From Trichoplax sp. H2 (taxonomy: Eukaryota): a stretch of DNA of 64,000 bases. The translations under genes and the position numbers were made by a program. Below, in pieces: positions 40,401-51,480 of this stretch; within the stretch, counting starts at the first letter, position 1, and each line of letters begins with the position of its first letter. The DNA lies in assembly GCA_003344405.1 (NCBI GenBank), contig NOWV01000175.1:1-64000 (forward strand), given 5' to 3'. Below the pieces are notes generated by a model. The model did no database searches, was not told where the DNA came from, and saw nothing but the letters and a program-made list of their open reading frames with translations.

Positions 40401-41311
40401 AATTGATCGTACTTAGGCAAATAATTATCATTAATAGGAGAAAAGCCAGTTGAGATGCAAATTCTCCGTTTCATTAAAGGATTATTGCCGTGAGCTGATG
40501 GCGAAATCTGATTGAGATGTTTCTTAAAATCCGGAGCTGGCATTTGATCGACAAACGGTCTTGGAACATTTACATAGACCAAACCATATCGAATATTGGC
40601 GTTTAAATGATTAAATGTGGAATCAGTAATCTTCCCCTTGATTTCAGTTAGCGATGACTGGAGCATTACTGATAAATCATTTATTTCATCTTGATTACTA
40701 GGACAGATAGGAGAAAGATGTGGAATATAAAATGGTTCGCTACCACCTGATGATTTACTGATGGTATCCATACCATAACCAGAATCATTGTAAGTTCGAA
40801 GTTCTACCGTCTGCTTATCCCCATATGAATGGCGCAAAAAAAATAATGATTTGGGAGACTGGATTTCATCTCGAGATCGACCAACTTTTGTGTTGTAATT
40901 TTGTCTGGAATCATTATTAGAAGAATCGGAATTAAAACTTGGATTCCGATGAAAAGTCCGACCGCCACTTTTTTTCCAGCTTGATCGATCGTTACTCGGA
41001 GCACGATCTCGCTGTTCATGATAAGTCGAACTTGTTTTCAAATTTGTATTCCCATCAAGTAGCGGATTTCTACGTTGTCTCCAGTTCGAAGAATCGGACC
41101 GACTGGGGTTGGCATTATCGTAGAAATTGGTGGTAGCCCCTGGACGCTTACCAGAGCCTCGTTCACTATTTTGCTTGCTTCGTTCATAAGTCGGAGCAAA
41201 GCGATGTCGACTAGTCGGTTGAGAAAATGTTGAATCCGGTTTGTTATTAGCTCTATGATTTAAAGACCTTTCAGAGGAACTTTCCTCCCCGTGAGGTATC
41301 TTGGAGGCCAT
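37439..41311 (-). CDS. Cluster member 4: 1290-aa protein with ~150-aa low-complexity N-terminus and three tandem repeat units (~40850-39795, ~39655-38615, ~38505-37442)
   Basis: Uninterrupted 1290-codon ORF. LRHS, IRYG/IRCG/LRYG, TGF, L(I/V)LD, YL(Q/K)(F/L)D(I/V)(R/K)N..D(V/F)(Q/R)IS, VR(C/R/H)(K/N), EY..LD..GRF and NLHK..F..LP.Y each occur three times. Confidence 0.9.
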   Translation of the reverse strand: MASKIPHGEESSSERSLNHRANNKPDSTFSQPTSRHRFAPTYERSKQNSERGSGKRPGATTNFYDNANPSRSDSSNWRQRRNPLLDGNTNLKTSSTYHEQRDRAPSNDRSSWKKSGGRTFHRNPSFNSDSSNNDSRQNYNTKVGRSRDEIQSPKSLFFLRHSYGDKQTVELRTYNDSGYGMDTISKSSGGSEPFYIPHLSPICPSNQDEINDLSVMLQSSLTEIKGKITDSTFNHLNANIRYGLVYVNVPRPFVDQMPAPDFKKHLNQISPSAHGNNPLMKRRICISTGFSPINDNYLPKYDQLERNPPLILDNEEQTFTVVSGYDKNKIYQQADYNNRMELIRKDNSMTYLQFDIRNSPCSPDVQISITGNNCQNGTETVAGYRKNTTIKKSTPILQYNRDTDDIVVAKEYGDVRHVRCKKTKFFKLSKDVEIWEALRQNIVIEASDIIEYSYLDRKIGRFNRRLDKAEINIRIKLNSILRLENLTLFAENLHKLIFITLPKYFVKLNQYGHQIVKWSRNWNPKMSKHGYRQDDGKMKLLNGRLPHEQFKTWKLVLLRHSSGHSQKAKFYEREGFGCNFKINYKPLNSSSRPLPYSQILPTPDTCNDEIEELSTMFQLWIGKVVAECSDPSVFDNLNASIRCGRMYLAKLQPFVTEMPITQFKERLNSRQVNPDNRILTGFTSNCHKDLLDYADLQEKPSLVLDHEEEIFRIAFDIDDYRICAYADCKFANDEIELISYNEDRTYLKLDVKNSGYGKDFRISFIGNDYQNTQDIPSKWQDIAIDKCPIITRDKTTDDIIVGKAYTEYIRNVRRNRTKYFKFSAQVDLSEDLRQLIIIQVTDTTNYSQLDKSTGRFKKSFTSKELNVKMPLNSILQSGDCHMLAQNLHKIMFTILPEYLVKRTLRSNQYYRSVFKNKFRKLFGNRGPSNRRRNNTKIKFLLLRHSYMDYQMVEFHKYDKDACYRMDRYYRALANNSNPFYAPHITYNYNTDYEEINELSNKLQKWISTAERNYAIASKLPKFYMKLRYGHVYLTELKPYTYRMTVEEFKEDLLKIMLPPRRKKKNSYEFHRTIRTGFYPAYENYDDDIAKSGALVLDHVGETYRIAFNSGDSKILDYADFNDQMELIANYEDKTYLKLDIKNSGKGRDVRISIHNNEFENEKLSSKMFKMEADEPAILTRDRYTDHVMVGKVYTDFVYNVRHKKARHFKLSDNVPLWDKLRQAITVRIADVVEYFMLDRSSGRFHERHEKVEVNIRFQLDSMIRQENCRLLAENLHKLMFIILPRYLSSQ

Positions 41312-41401
41312 TTTCTAGGAATAGAATAATCTTTTAATCAAACTGTGATGTTTCAGAAAGTTGAGAGTTCGGCATTAGTCGCAATAAAGTACACGTATGA
41401 G

Positions 41402-41745
41402 TAACGACGTAACCAGTCGAATAACTATAGTAGTATAGAATAACACTACCAGGACTAACGAATGAGATAGATGAAAGAAGATAGCTTTTGTAATGTTAAG
41501 ACACAGCAGGAAGAAATTACTTCTAGGCACGGATGATTCATAATAATATGTTACTTTTATGGAAGGGTAATGCTAACGACATAACTAGTCGAATAACTAT
41601 AGTAGAATAGAATAATACTACCATGACTAACTAATGAGATAGATGAAAGAAGATAGCTTTTGTAATGTTAAGACACAGTAGGAGGAAATTACTTCTAGAT
41701 ACGGATGATTCATAATAATATGTTACTTTTATGGAAGGGTAATGC
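41402..41745. repeat. Tandem direct repeat, 2 x 172 bp, directly upstream of the 1290-aa ORF
   Basis: taacgac.taac.agtcgaataactatagtag...ggaagggtaatgc starts at 41402 and again at 41574, with scattered substitutions. Confidence 0.95.
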
Positions 41746-44312
41746 TACGGCATAATCTAGCTAGAGTCTAAGACATTTCCACCGTGTAAATTGCTAAATA
41801 GAAGTATCGCAATCGAGATTCCAACATAAAAATTAACGAGATTCTTTCCTCTAAAGTAGTCTTAACTATCTAAGAAACTAACTCTAAGTACTCTTTAATC
41901 TACCAAACTTAGATTCGAGTCTCAGAAGATAGAATACTCACGCTAAGAATCAAAACTTTATTCTAAAAGCTATGGATTAAAAATGTCCGATTGAACTCAC
42001 AACTTACAATCTACTGCTAACCACCGATAACCATCCGTTATCAACTAACTTATTAACTCCCTCAATTAAGAACTTTGAGGCTTTTCTATAGCCTCACAAA
42101 CTTTGTCGATGCAATACGATAATAAATTTATAGCCAAATCTGCATGCTAAATATACCAAGAATCACAACACACTTTCTATGACATTTAATATTAGTTAAT
42201 TAATGGCTAGGTGTTAGCGTATGATTCATTACTCAACAAAATTATATCATTGATGACGAAATTATTAATTAATTATCACAATAAGTTAAGCATATTTAGA
42301 GTTATATTACCTTCTAGTGGATATTCCGTTTCTCTAAAAATGGACTATACCGTGTTTAGAAATAAACACTACACAAACGATTGCTGAAGATCCTGCCTAT
42401 TCTGATATTTCAGTGTACAATATTGCTTGTTTTATTCTAGTCCTTGCAAAATTATTTTAGAGCTGCAAAACTGCTGACTCAGCAAAAATTTACTTTCAAT
42501 GTCACGATTCATTCCTTCCGTTCTATTGATATAATTATATTGGGAAAACAATCTTATTAGACTGATGAATAGAATAACTATTGGTAAACTACCCTATCTA
42601 AATAATTTGCTTCCAAGAACAATTTTAAATGTAAAGGAAGCGTTTTCAATCTTACAATCCGCTCATGAGATGGGATGAAAGTCGGAATGACTATCCCAGA
42701 GTAAATACTATGGTTTAACTTTGTACTATGATCTATTCATTATGAAATTGTTCGTAATGAATGGAGTGTAGTATAAGAGTTAGCCGATTGCGGAAGTAAT
42801 ATTGCAGAATCAATAGCTGAACTTTGGACTATGATTTATTTATAATAGAAGTGATCACGGTTAATGGACGATTAGAATTAGCTGATGGGTGTTGTTGCGA
42901 AAGGATATTGGCCAAAATGAAATCGTTGAAGGCTTTGATAAAAGAAGCGCTTAACGACATAAGATCCAGCATACTTGATGCTCCATGTAGACGTGTTATT
43001 AATCCAAACAAAAACTATATTAACATGCACGATATTACATCAAGTCAATGTATATATGTTACATATTCTTCAATGATATTTTACAATTTGTAATACTCTA
43101 CAAAATTTTCATCATCCGACAACAACAATTTAAAATTCTCCGCAAGTATTAATTACGAAAGATTCGGAATAGAACATAGTTTATTACGAGTTTTCGTTAC
43201 TTAATTTCTACAACTACAGATTACAACTTTCATGATTAGGACAATTCTGACTGCATTGATGTGCTTATTATTGCGTTAATACTTAGCCTGTTACGACTTC
43301 AAAAATCATAAACTAGAATTGCAGCATCATATCAACTTGCTTGCAAGGCACGATATACAAATGTATTTCAATAATAAATATAGCTTCCAACGATACTAGA
43401 ATTAGTAGATTCTTTGCCTTAACAGAGCTATACTTTTATTTGTTACTGCTAACTTTAAATAACTCAAAGCTATTAATAACGGCTGGTAGAATAACCTCCA
43501 CATTACAACATTATTTATGCTATCATTGCTTCTACAATACTGTCATGAAAGTAATCTTCGTGACGTATGCTTTATTTCTATATTACGTGTCACAACCCTC
43601 ACTTGTAGCAAAGGAAAGTAAAGAACTCTAGTGTAGTTACTTAAAACTTGGGCTATTTCTCCCAGTACTTTCAGTTTCTATGAGAGAAGTATTTGAGAAC
43701 TCGATTTCTCGGCTGATCTCCACAGACAACTGACTAATTATTACACTATTCTTCACGATATGAGTCTTGCCGTTTCTTGAGCAATTACTAACTTTATTCT
43801 ACAAACACACGCGCTTAAATAGGTTTCTACAGTGAATTCCAATATTAACGAGTAAGAATTCATGCTTTACAAGTTACATTAATTAGTATAATACCATTAC
43901 TAAATATACATGTCGATATTCTCAGACTTAGATAGCTACAAGCTATCAGGTGTTAAGACGCTTAATCTTCGTCCATATACAGCTCAATTTTTAGAGATTA
44001 ACACACCTTATAAACCTACAGTAAATTAACTGCTAACAACTTCTATTTTTATCTCATTTCTACCATCCTATTATCAGCTACAAGTGCATTAAAACATAGC
44101 ACATAACCTTATCTTATCTATTCATAAGCTTTCATTAATTTACAGTTACTTAATTAGTAACGGCGTACCGTGACATACGTTCTATATGTGTTTATATCTC
44201 AGAAATGTTTTTACGGTCTCCTTAATTGTTATTCTAGTGGTTAACAGTTGATATCCTTGATTTAAGATTGTATACGGTATAAAGCTACTGAACCTCTGAC
44301 AGGTCTACGACA

Positions 44313-44386
44313 AATGGTAATATACTATCTGTTAAATGAGCACATTATCGTAAACCTTCAGCAAAGCGACGGGAGTTTGCACTAGT
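44313..44386 (+). mobile_element. Helitron-like 3' terminus (copy 2)
   Basis: aatggtaata..ctatctgttaa..acattatcgtaaaccttcagcaaagcgacgggagtttgcaCTAGt is homologous to 26229-26310. Confidence 0.55.
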
Positions 44387-44882
44387 AATCCTTAAGTTTA
44401 GAGGAAATGTTTTTAAGAGGATAGCTTTATACGTATCTGTTAAACTATTAATAAGCATTGATTATTTTAATACTATTACAGTAAATTAATAGGATTAGAC
44501 TGTATCTAATCCGTACAGATGGAATCTCTTTAGGGTATTAATTTGGTTAATTTCTAATAGACGAAGTGACTTGCGTAGCAAAACCGGTTTTAGGTCCGAA
44601 ACCTATATAAACCGTGAGTTCGCCGACAATAAATTAGATTGTGGTTTTCTAGTGAGTCTTGAAGGTCTCCCTACGTTAAACCCTATCTGTCTGGAATACC
44701 AATTGTCTGGTATTACACATAACAGTTGTAAAGGGTAGAAATTACTCTCAATGCTTGTTGCAAGTTAGGGCTATTCCTAGCTCGTAACAAATACAAAATC
44801 TAAAAAGGACAATTCTAAATTTAACTTTTACCAGACCGTTTTTCATTTCAAGGATTAATTCATTAATACATTAATTTGCATG

Positions 44883-45756
44883 TTATGCTATATATGAACC
44901 TCCTATCCACCAATTCGTTGTAGAAGTAGATGACTTCGAACATGAAAAATTCGGATTCTTAAATAAATAATCACCAAATGCATATTCATGTCCATTTAAG
45001 CCTGGAACTACCCATTTATCACATTTACCTGCTGCGTAATTAACGTGTATCAATAGATGAAAACTATTTCCACCATCCCATATCGGTATACTACACTGTC
45101 TACAGGTATGACCACGAATGTTAACGTAATCCACTTTAGTGCAATGGTAAGCTTTTGAACTTTTGAAGAACCATTGATAGTTGCAAGATGAAACTCGAAG
45201 ATAGTCTCGATGATTATGGATTCCTTTAATATCATCTGGATTAAAATTACAAGTCGCTCGATAATGAGTCGATCCTCGAGCATTTTTAATCGATTTCATT
45301 GTTGCAGTACTTAATCGATATTCTTGCCAATTTATACGAGTACAACTTGGCGTCGGAGCATTATAATCGAAGCTTTTACGATATTTAGCCTTTCTAGAAT
45401 TAGTTAATGAAAGTGACTCAACAAGTGTCCAAACAAATCCAGGATCAGAATGAAAATCGCAAAATGTGGTATAGGGCTGATTATTTTTATCATATAAGAT
45501 AAAGTAACCATTTTGCAGAGTTCCCGATACTAATTTCTCTTGTAAACAGGATTTTGGCTTGATAGCCTAATTAAAGCATAATAGCAATTTCCTCAATGAA
45601 TTAGCGTTTGTACACTTTGAACTATTCACAATAATTTCAATCCACTAAATATATCAAAATAAATAAAGTTTAAAATACAATCTTCTGTGTACTTACCGCT
45701 GGCATTGCAAACGCCAGCATACTAATCATGATGACCATGGAGAGCTGTGTAGCCAT
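44883..45756 (-). CDS. Secreted Cys-rich protein with fibrinogen-C-like N-terminal motifs, 247 aa; exons 45756-45697 and 45566-44883
   Basis: Exon 1 encodes the signal peptide MATQLSMVIMISMLAFAMPA|gtaagt. After a phase-0 intron, exon 2 (228 codons) reads AIKPKSCLQEK..NGYFILYD..TFCDFHSDPGFVWTLV (cf. FReD SC..GxYxI..CD...WT) then STHYRATCNF..KVDYVNIRG..C..C..STTNWWIGG. Confidence 0.85.
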
Positions 45757-47650
45757 GATTTTTTATTTAAGTGAAAGTCTCTTGCACTAACCAGATACTT
45801 GATGAACAGAAGATAATCATATACAGCTAGTGCCACCAAGTAACGAATCTTGTCGTATCGAATAGAGAAGACTGTACTTAGCAAAAATAATGATTTTAAG
45901 GCTTTATTTATAGATTACAACGATATTACTTTCATATTAAGAACATTCATTTGAAATCTTACCCTTTCACAACTTTATTGCAATGAATAAAGTACGTGTA
46001 TTAGAAAATTTCAATGCATTGTTCAATATCACTGCAGGCTCTATAAACTGTGTATTCTCCAGAATCTGTTTGAATATACATATTCCGTATATTACTTTCG
46101 TAATTTTGAGCTTTCTTCTGATGGTCTAGTTCAGCAAGAGTAATTTACTTTACTTGCACAATCCTATTCTAAGCCAATATACATATAACATATGAAAGTA
46201 CACAAGCATATACAGTTTATATTATGCTAGTACTTAAATTAATATCAGGAATACTAATAGGGTAGGTTAAATACGAGTAGGTTTATATCATCAACTAACC
46301 CTAAAAAATGCCCATTTCATTCTTATCACTAATTACAGGCTTTATTGATAATTACCTTTATGAACTAATATATACCTCTACCCATAAACTGCGAAATAAA
46401 ATAATTTCATTTGTTCTCATAATCGTACAATAAGGACGAAAATAGAACCTAAATGAGTCTTAGAATTGCATCTGTTAAATAAGAAGCATGACTGAAAGTA
46501 CAATAGCATTATAGAGGCTATTGATCAGATCATCGTAAATCTATAAATAGGGCATTTATTCGTATTTTAGCAATTACAATATAACCTACTTAAATAGCGT
46601 ATATATGCATTTGCTATCAGTTATTTGCTCTTAAAATATAACAAATAATCTACCATAAAATAAATGTCACAAATATTAAATTTATAACAAATATAATTTG
46701 TTATCAGCGCTTAATAACCCGATCATTGGCAGTGGAATCTGTCTATTTATAATTTGATTATTCTTTTGCGTAAGAGTTGACAGAGACTAAGCAACTATAG
46801 AACTCAAATGTTATCTAACATACCGTTTTATAGAAATGAAAATAATTTCTGATGAGCATGCAGTCGTGACTGTAAGACTATTTGGTTTGATAATTAATTG
46901 TTTGAGTATTAATATTTTCAGACACTTATAACTCAACTCTAATATTTATTAGTGATGGTGTATGTTAGCATACTATGCATAGACTTCTATAATGTTGAAA
47001 TGCTATACTTGTAAGTTATATGGGAATGTTACAGTAAATTGTTCGATAATTTTAACACAAGATAAAAGATTAGAATCTCTAGACACTCATAGCTCAACTC
47101 TAAGTAATCATCTGTTTTGATGTAACTTACCATGCATGGATTTTCATAATATTAAAATGTTATAAGTGTTACAGGAATGTTATGGTAAATGGCACGATAA
47201 TGTTAATGCATGACAGAATTGCGCTTGGGTATCAAAGGAATAGGAAATAGAAAAAAATGGCCGCCGCTTGAGTTTGTAGCGTTTGCTCTTCAATTTAACG
47301 CTGGGAAAGTTAATTTAATGATTGATTTCCTTACAAAACAAAAAAGTGAAAAAGAAATTATTTGTGTGCATACTTCCGTCAAAGTACATCCCGAGTTACA
47401 TAATATATTATTCAATCTCTTCTTCCACGTAGCTAAGATACTATAATTTTAGTTTAGGAAACTTTACGGAGTAAATTTATTGCATTTCTCCTACGCATTG
47501 CCAAAAATGATTATCAGTAACGTCGAATATTACCCAATAGTCATTAAATAAAGAATATATAAGATAAATGCTATTGTGTACAGTATACTCATAAAATGAA
47601 AGTTGTCTTCCAGTCAATAGCAGCTTTGCTAATTTGGAGTTATTTAACAC

Positions 47651-48097
47651 GGAGTATGATACCATATCTGTAACATAGTTGAAATATTTAATCTTACAGA
47701 GACATGCCATAAAACAATTTAAACCATCGCGTCGATTAGGAGATTTTTAGCGATGTTATTGAGCTGTTGTTGTTACAGAAATGTTAATCTATTCATTCAT
47801 TAATTTACGATAATCTTTATATTAGGAATTATTCATCAATAAAACCAAGTCAAGTAATGAACTATTGCAGTGATATTAAATAAAGCTATAACAATAAGTT
47901 AAATTGTTTAAAGTGAAGGGGAAATTGTCTGTAAGATAAAAGGCAGATTAGTACCAATAAATCAGTGCAGAAACAATCATTAGAAGGAAACTCTAATTCA
48001 TAGCAAGCTATATTGTAGGTTTGCTAGATCAACGAAATAGAAGGATAATTATAATTACCTTATGTCACAATCTAGGTCGTGAAATTTATATCTATAG
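47651..48097. repeat. ~450-bp duplicate of 51828-52276
   Basis: Collinear: ggagtatgata.catatctgta..agacatgccataaaa..catcgcgtcgattaggagat..tcattagaaggaaactctaattc..ctaggtcgtga.atttatatctatag. Confidence 0.9.
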
Positions 48098-49560
48098 ATG
48101 GTGAGATAGCTTAAAATTAAGAATTGGTCAAATAAAGAAAGCGAACTTACAGCTAAAGGAAACATTTTTTTTAATCCCTGGGAATAGGTGTTGTTTCAGT
48201 TATCAACTTAATTCAAAGTTTTCTTCTTGTTATACTAATACATCAGGTTTTTATTTTTATTATATTATTACTTACGATTAAATACTTAACTCATTTTCTT
48301 TAAAAACAGAAGGATAGTGACAATGAAGATAGATCTATCTCGTTACATAGAAAGCCCATTCAAAATTTGTCTAGACTTGCCTATAAATTGATGTATTAGA
48401 CATGCAATATTTCTCAGGAAATGCGATAATGGAAATGCAGTATAACAATATAGTACCATCAACAAAATCTGTATTACAAAGCAGAGTTATTGATAATTGA
48501 AGTTACCTAATTTTAGAAGAAAAGTTCGAAAAATAAAACCAGATTTTTATACATCAGATTGCTTGTACACGCTACATCTGCATAGTTTACTTGTTTACTT
48601 TCAAATTCTGTAGAATCAGTTATCGTAAGGCAATTAACAACTAAAAGGTTAAGCTACGACTTTGACTTTATAAGTAGACAGTTAATGATTAACCGGTATT
48701 AAAAGTTACAGAATAATAGTAGTACAGTTAAGCAAAATATCACGAACTAGACATTTTATTAGTAAAATGAAAATTTGCCGCATCTATCTGCACTTCGCAT
48801 CAGCTATTTAGTAATTAATGCCAAAGTAGCCCAAGTAATAACAAATAAATACTGTATTTCAAATTGGAACCTAATTCATATATCTCAATACTTCGCTCCA
48901 GCTTACTATTTGTTACAGCATATAATTATAAATTATTCTATATTTCTGATTTATTCTAGAGATAAAATACCGTGATCTAATTTCGATTTCGATAAATAGT
49001 AAATAAATTGTGTTATAGCGTGGTTAACGTAGAAGCAACATTGTATTACACATTATAGATTGTTGAATCTGTAAATCATGGCTGGGCATCAATCATGCTT
49101 AAGTCTTATTCTCTTTAACGAACAATAATATCCAATTTGAAGGCGTTTACGCGAAACTGTACAAAGTCAAATAACAAGCATTCAGAAAAGAGAGAGAATT
49201 CAACATTCTCGGTGGATGCCGCTTGGAAGAAGTCACTGCTAATTTAGCTTATAAATTTAAGTTTCTGATACAATCATTTCATGGAACGAAAAGCAATCAA
49301 ACAAACGATTTAAAGTGCTTGGGAATGGTTAGATATTGATTTTAATTAAAATATGCGAATTTTGGCTTGGATAAATCATAAGTAAAATTTATTCTGAAAG
49401 GAATCAAAAAGAAAGCAAACGACCTTTAAAAGATTTAAGCATAATACATTACGACATTCATTTTCTTACAATTATAGTAAACCGAAGCTGAGAATACTTC
49501 AGGTGGTGATATTTTTAAGGAACTGAATAATTAAATAAAAGTGTATCGCACGAGTAAGTA

Positions 49561-50070
49561 GTACAAATTGACATATAGGTTTAAAGTGCCATCAAGGAAT
49601 AAAGGCGTAACACTTTAACCTCTAATATATTAATATGTCGTTAATCGTACTTGACAGAGAGTACATACAAACGATGGAGCTTTTTCAGGATATTTTATTG
49701 AATCCATTTGCTGCTAAAATTGTCGATAAACTCAATTTCTGACCTTATTGAATCAAATTGGCCCTTAAACTCTAATTTAAATAAGAGTGTTAAAAATCAC
49801 TTTTCCTAGTACGTAACTATGTATTACAGGTCATAGATTTTTAGCTATTTGCCTGATGCTACCTCGTCTCTTAAATCAGCTAGCTACAGTTTTATCTAAA
49901 ATTTGAATAAGATTTTAATCTGTTCCGGGCATTAATGCAAAAATATGTGTAAGCTCTTTCCTAGATTACTGATAGGCATTGATGTTAATATTCAGATAGA
50001 AAGAGTATGATAGAATACTTAGAAAAAAGTACATGCTAAACAAATCTTGTAAAGGATCTACAATCATCAA
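49561..50070. repeat. Duplicate of the 3' flank of the MAM/kringle gene (62029-62075 plus 62738-63205)
   Basis: acaaattgacatatag..aaagtgc.atcaaggaataaag, ttttcaggatat.ttattgaat, gaatcaaattggcccttaaactctaa and cagatagaaagagtatgatag.atacttagaaaa are shared. Confidence 0.85.
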
Positions 50071-51336
50071 ATAATTGCTTCAATGTCTAAATAGGATAAT
50101 ATCTTGATGATTTCACGTAGAATTAAATTCAGTACCGGTATTCCATATAGAAATTTATTCTTCACTCTCAATTATCCCAATAGTGGATATTATTTAGTAG
50201 TAGGAATCAGTTAAATTACATATCTTAAAATTAGTGAGAATAATCTGAGAATTCTAGGCGAATATAGATAATTTTGTTAAATGAATAAGAATTTCGCAGA
50301 AGATTCTTTAGTCCTATTATTATTCTCATCAATAATTTTTTTCTATGGCAAGGTTATTGATCAATTCACCGATTCCTCTTCTAGTACTTTTAATCGATTG
50401 CTGACCCTATGCATAAAACTGATACACAAGAAGAAATTGAAAATCAATTTAATTTACAGGAGTATTCCATCCGATCGCAAGCTAGTTAGAATTTATTCAA
50501 TATACGCGTTAATCTAAGGACCGAATCGGCCTTAGATTAGGCCGTAACATAAATATAAATATATATCCATACAGTTATGGTCAATAAGAAATGTACAGTT
50601 ACTAATATATTTTCTTTGTAATATTATTACAATTCGCTGCTAAGTAACTTATCAACAACTTACCCATGGTAACCAGAGCATACATATCATAATAGATTAA
50701 AAATCTTGAATTTTAATTGAATTGATAAATTTAGAAATTCATTAGATTACATAACTGTAAACAAGTTGTCATATAAACCAATAGTAATGATCTAATTGAG
50801 TACATGAGCCAAATAGTTATGCTAATGGAGTAATTTTATATTCCCTGTTGTCTGCTATTCTTAAGTCAAATCATAATATATACTCTTCTAAATAATTTAT
50901 ATTATTATCATAATGTATCAGCAAAGACCACGTAATAGTAACTCAAATAAATAGTATTTCTATGCAAACTAATTTCCACCCGTATGCCAAAGAGATATAT
51001 ATGATACCTTATACTCAAATTTTTATATTCATCCTATTCAAGTGGCAGGCTATAAACGCCCTATCACTAAGGACAGTTTCACGTGCAAGAATTACGTACT
51101 CTTGGCTACTGTAGGCAATGACTATTCCTCTTCCATGGTATGCAGTAGACTATTGTATACCAAGCCTCGAAATTTTGATATTGAATAAATTAAGTATAAA
51201 AATACTACTATCTGAAAAAGAGTTTGATATGTCTTTCCTTGGTATAAATTAAGTTCGTTATTACTTTAGGAAGGCCTAAAAATAAATGTTTAGAGCTTTT
51301 AATAACTGAATACAATTAAAAAACTTTAAATCTGGG

Positions 51337-51480
51337 TGCCTAACGTCTGCTCATTTACCAGCAGTTTCTATGGACAAAAATCGTACAATAATGTATGATG
51401 GATTTGTCGTCAAAACGATAGTGTTCCATTTAAGCTAACTCAATCAGGTCAATTGCAATTCACTTCTTGTTCATCCTCAT
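51337..51480 (+). pseudogene. Decayed copy of a MAM-domain exon (60460-60582) and its donor region
   Basis: tacaataatgtatgatggatttgtcgtcaaaacgatagtgttccatttaagctaactcaatcaggtcaatt versus tacaataatgtaggatggatttggcgtcaaaacgatagtgttccatttaagccaactcaatcaggtcaatt. GGA has become a TGA stop. Confidence 0.75.
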
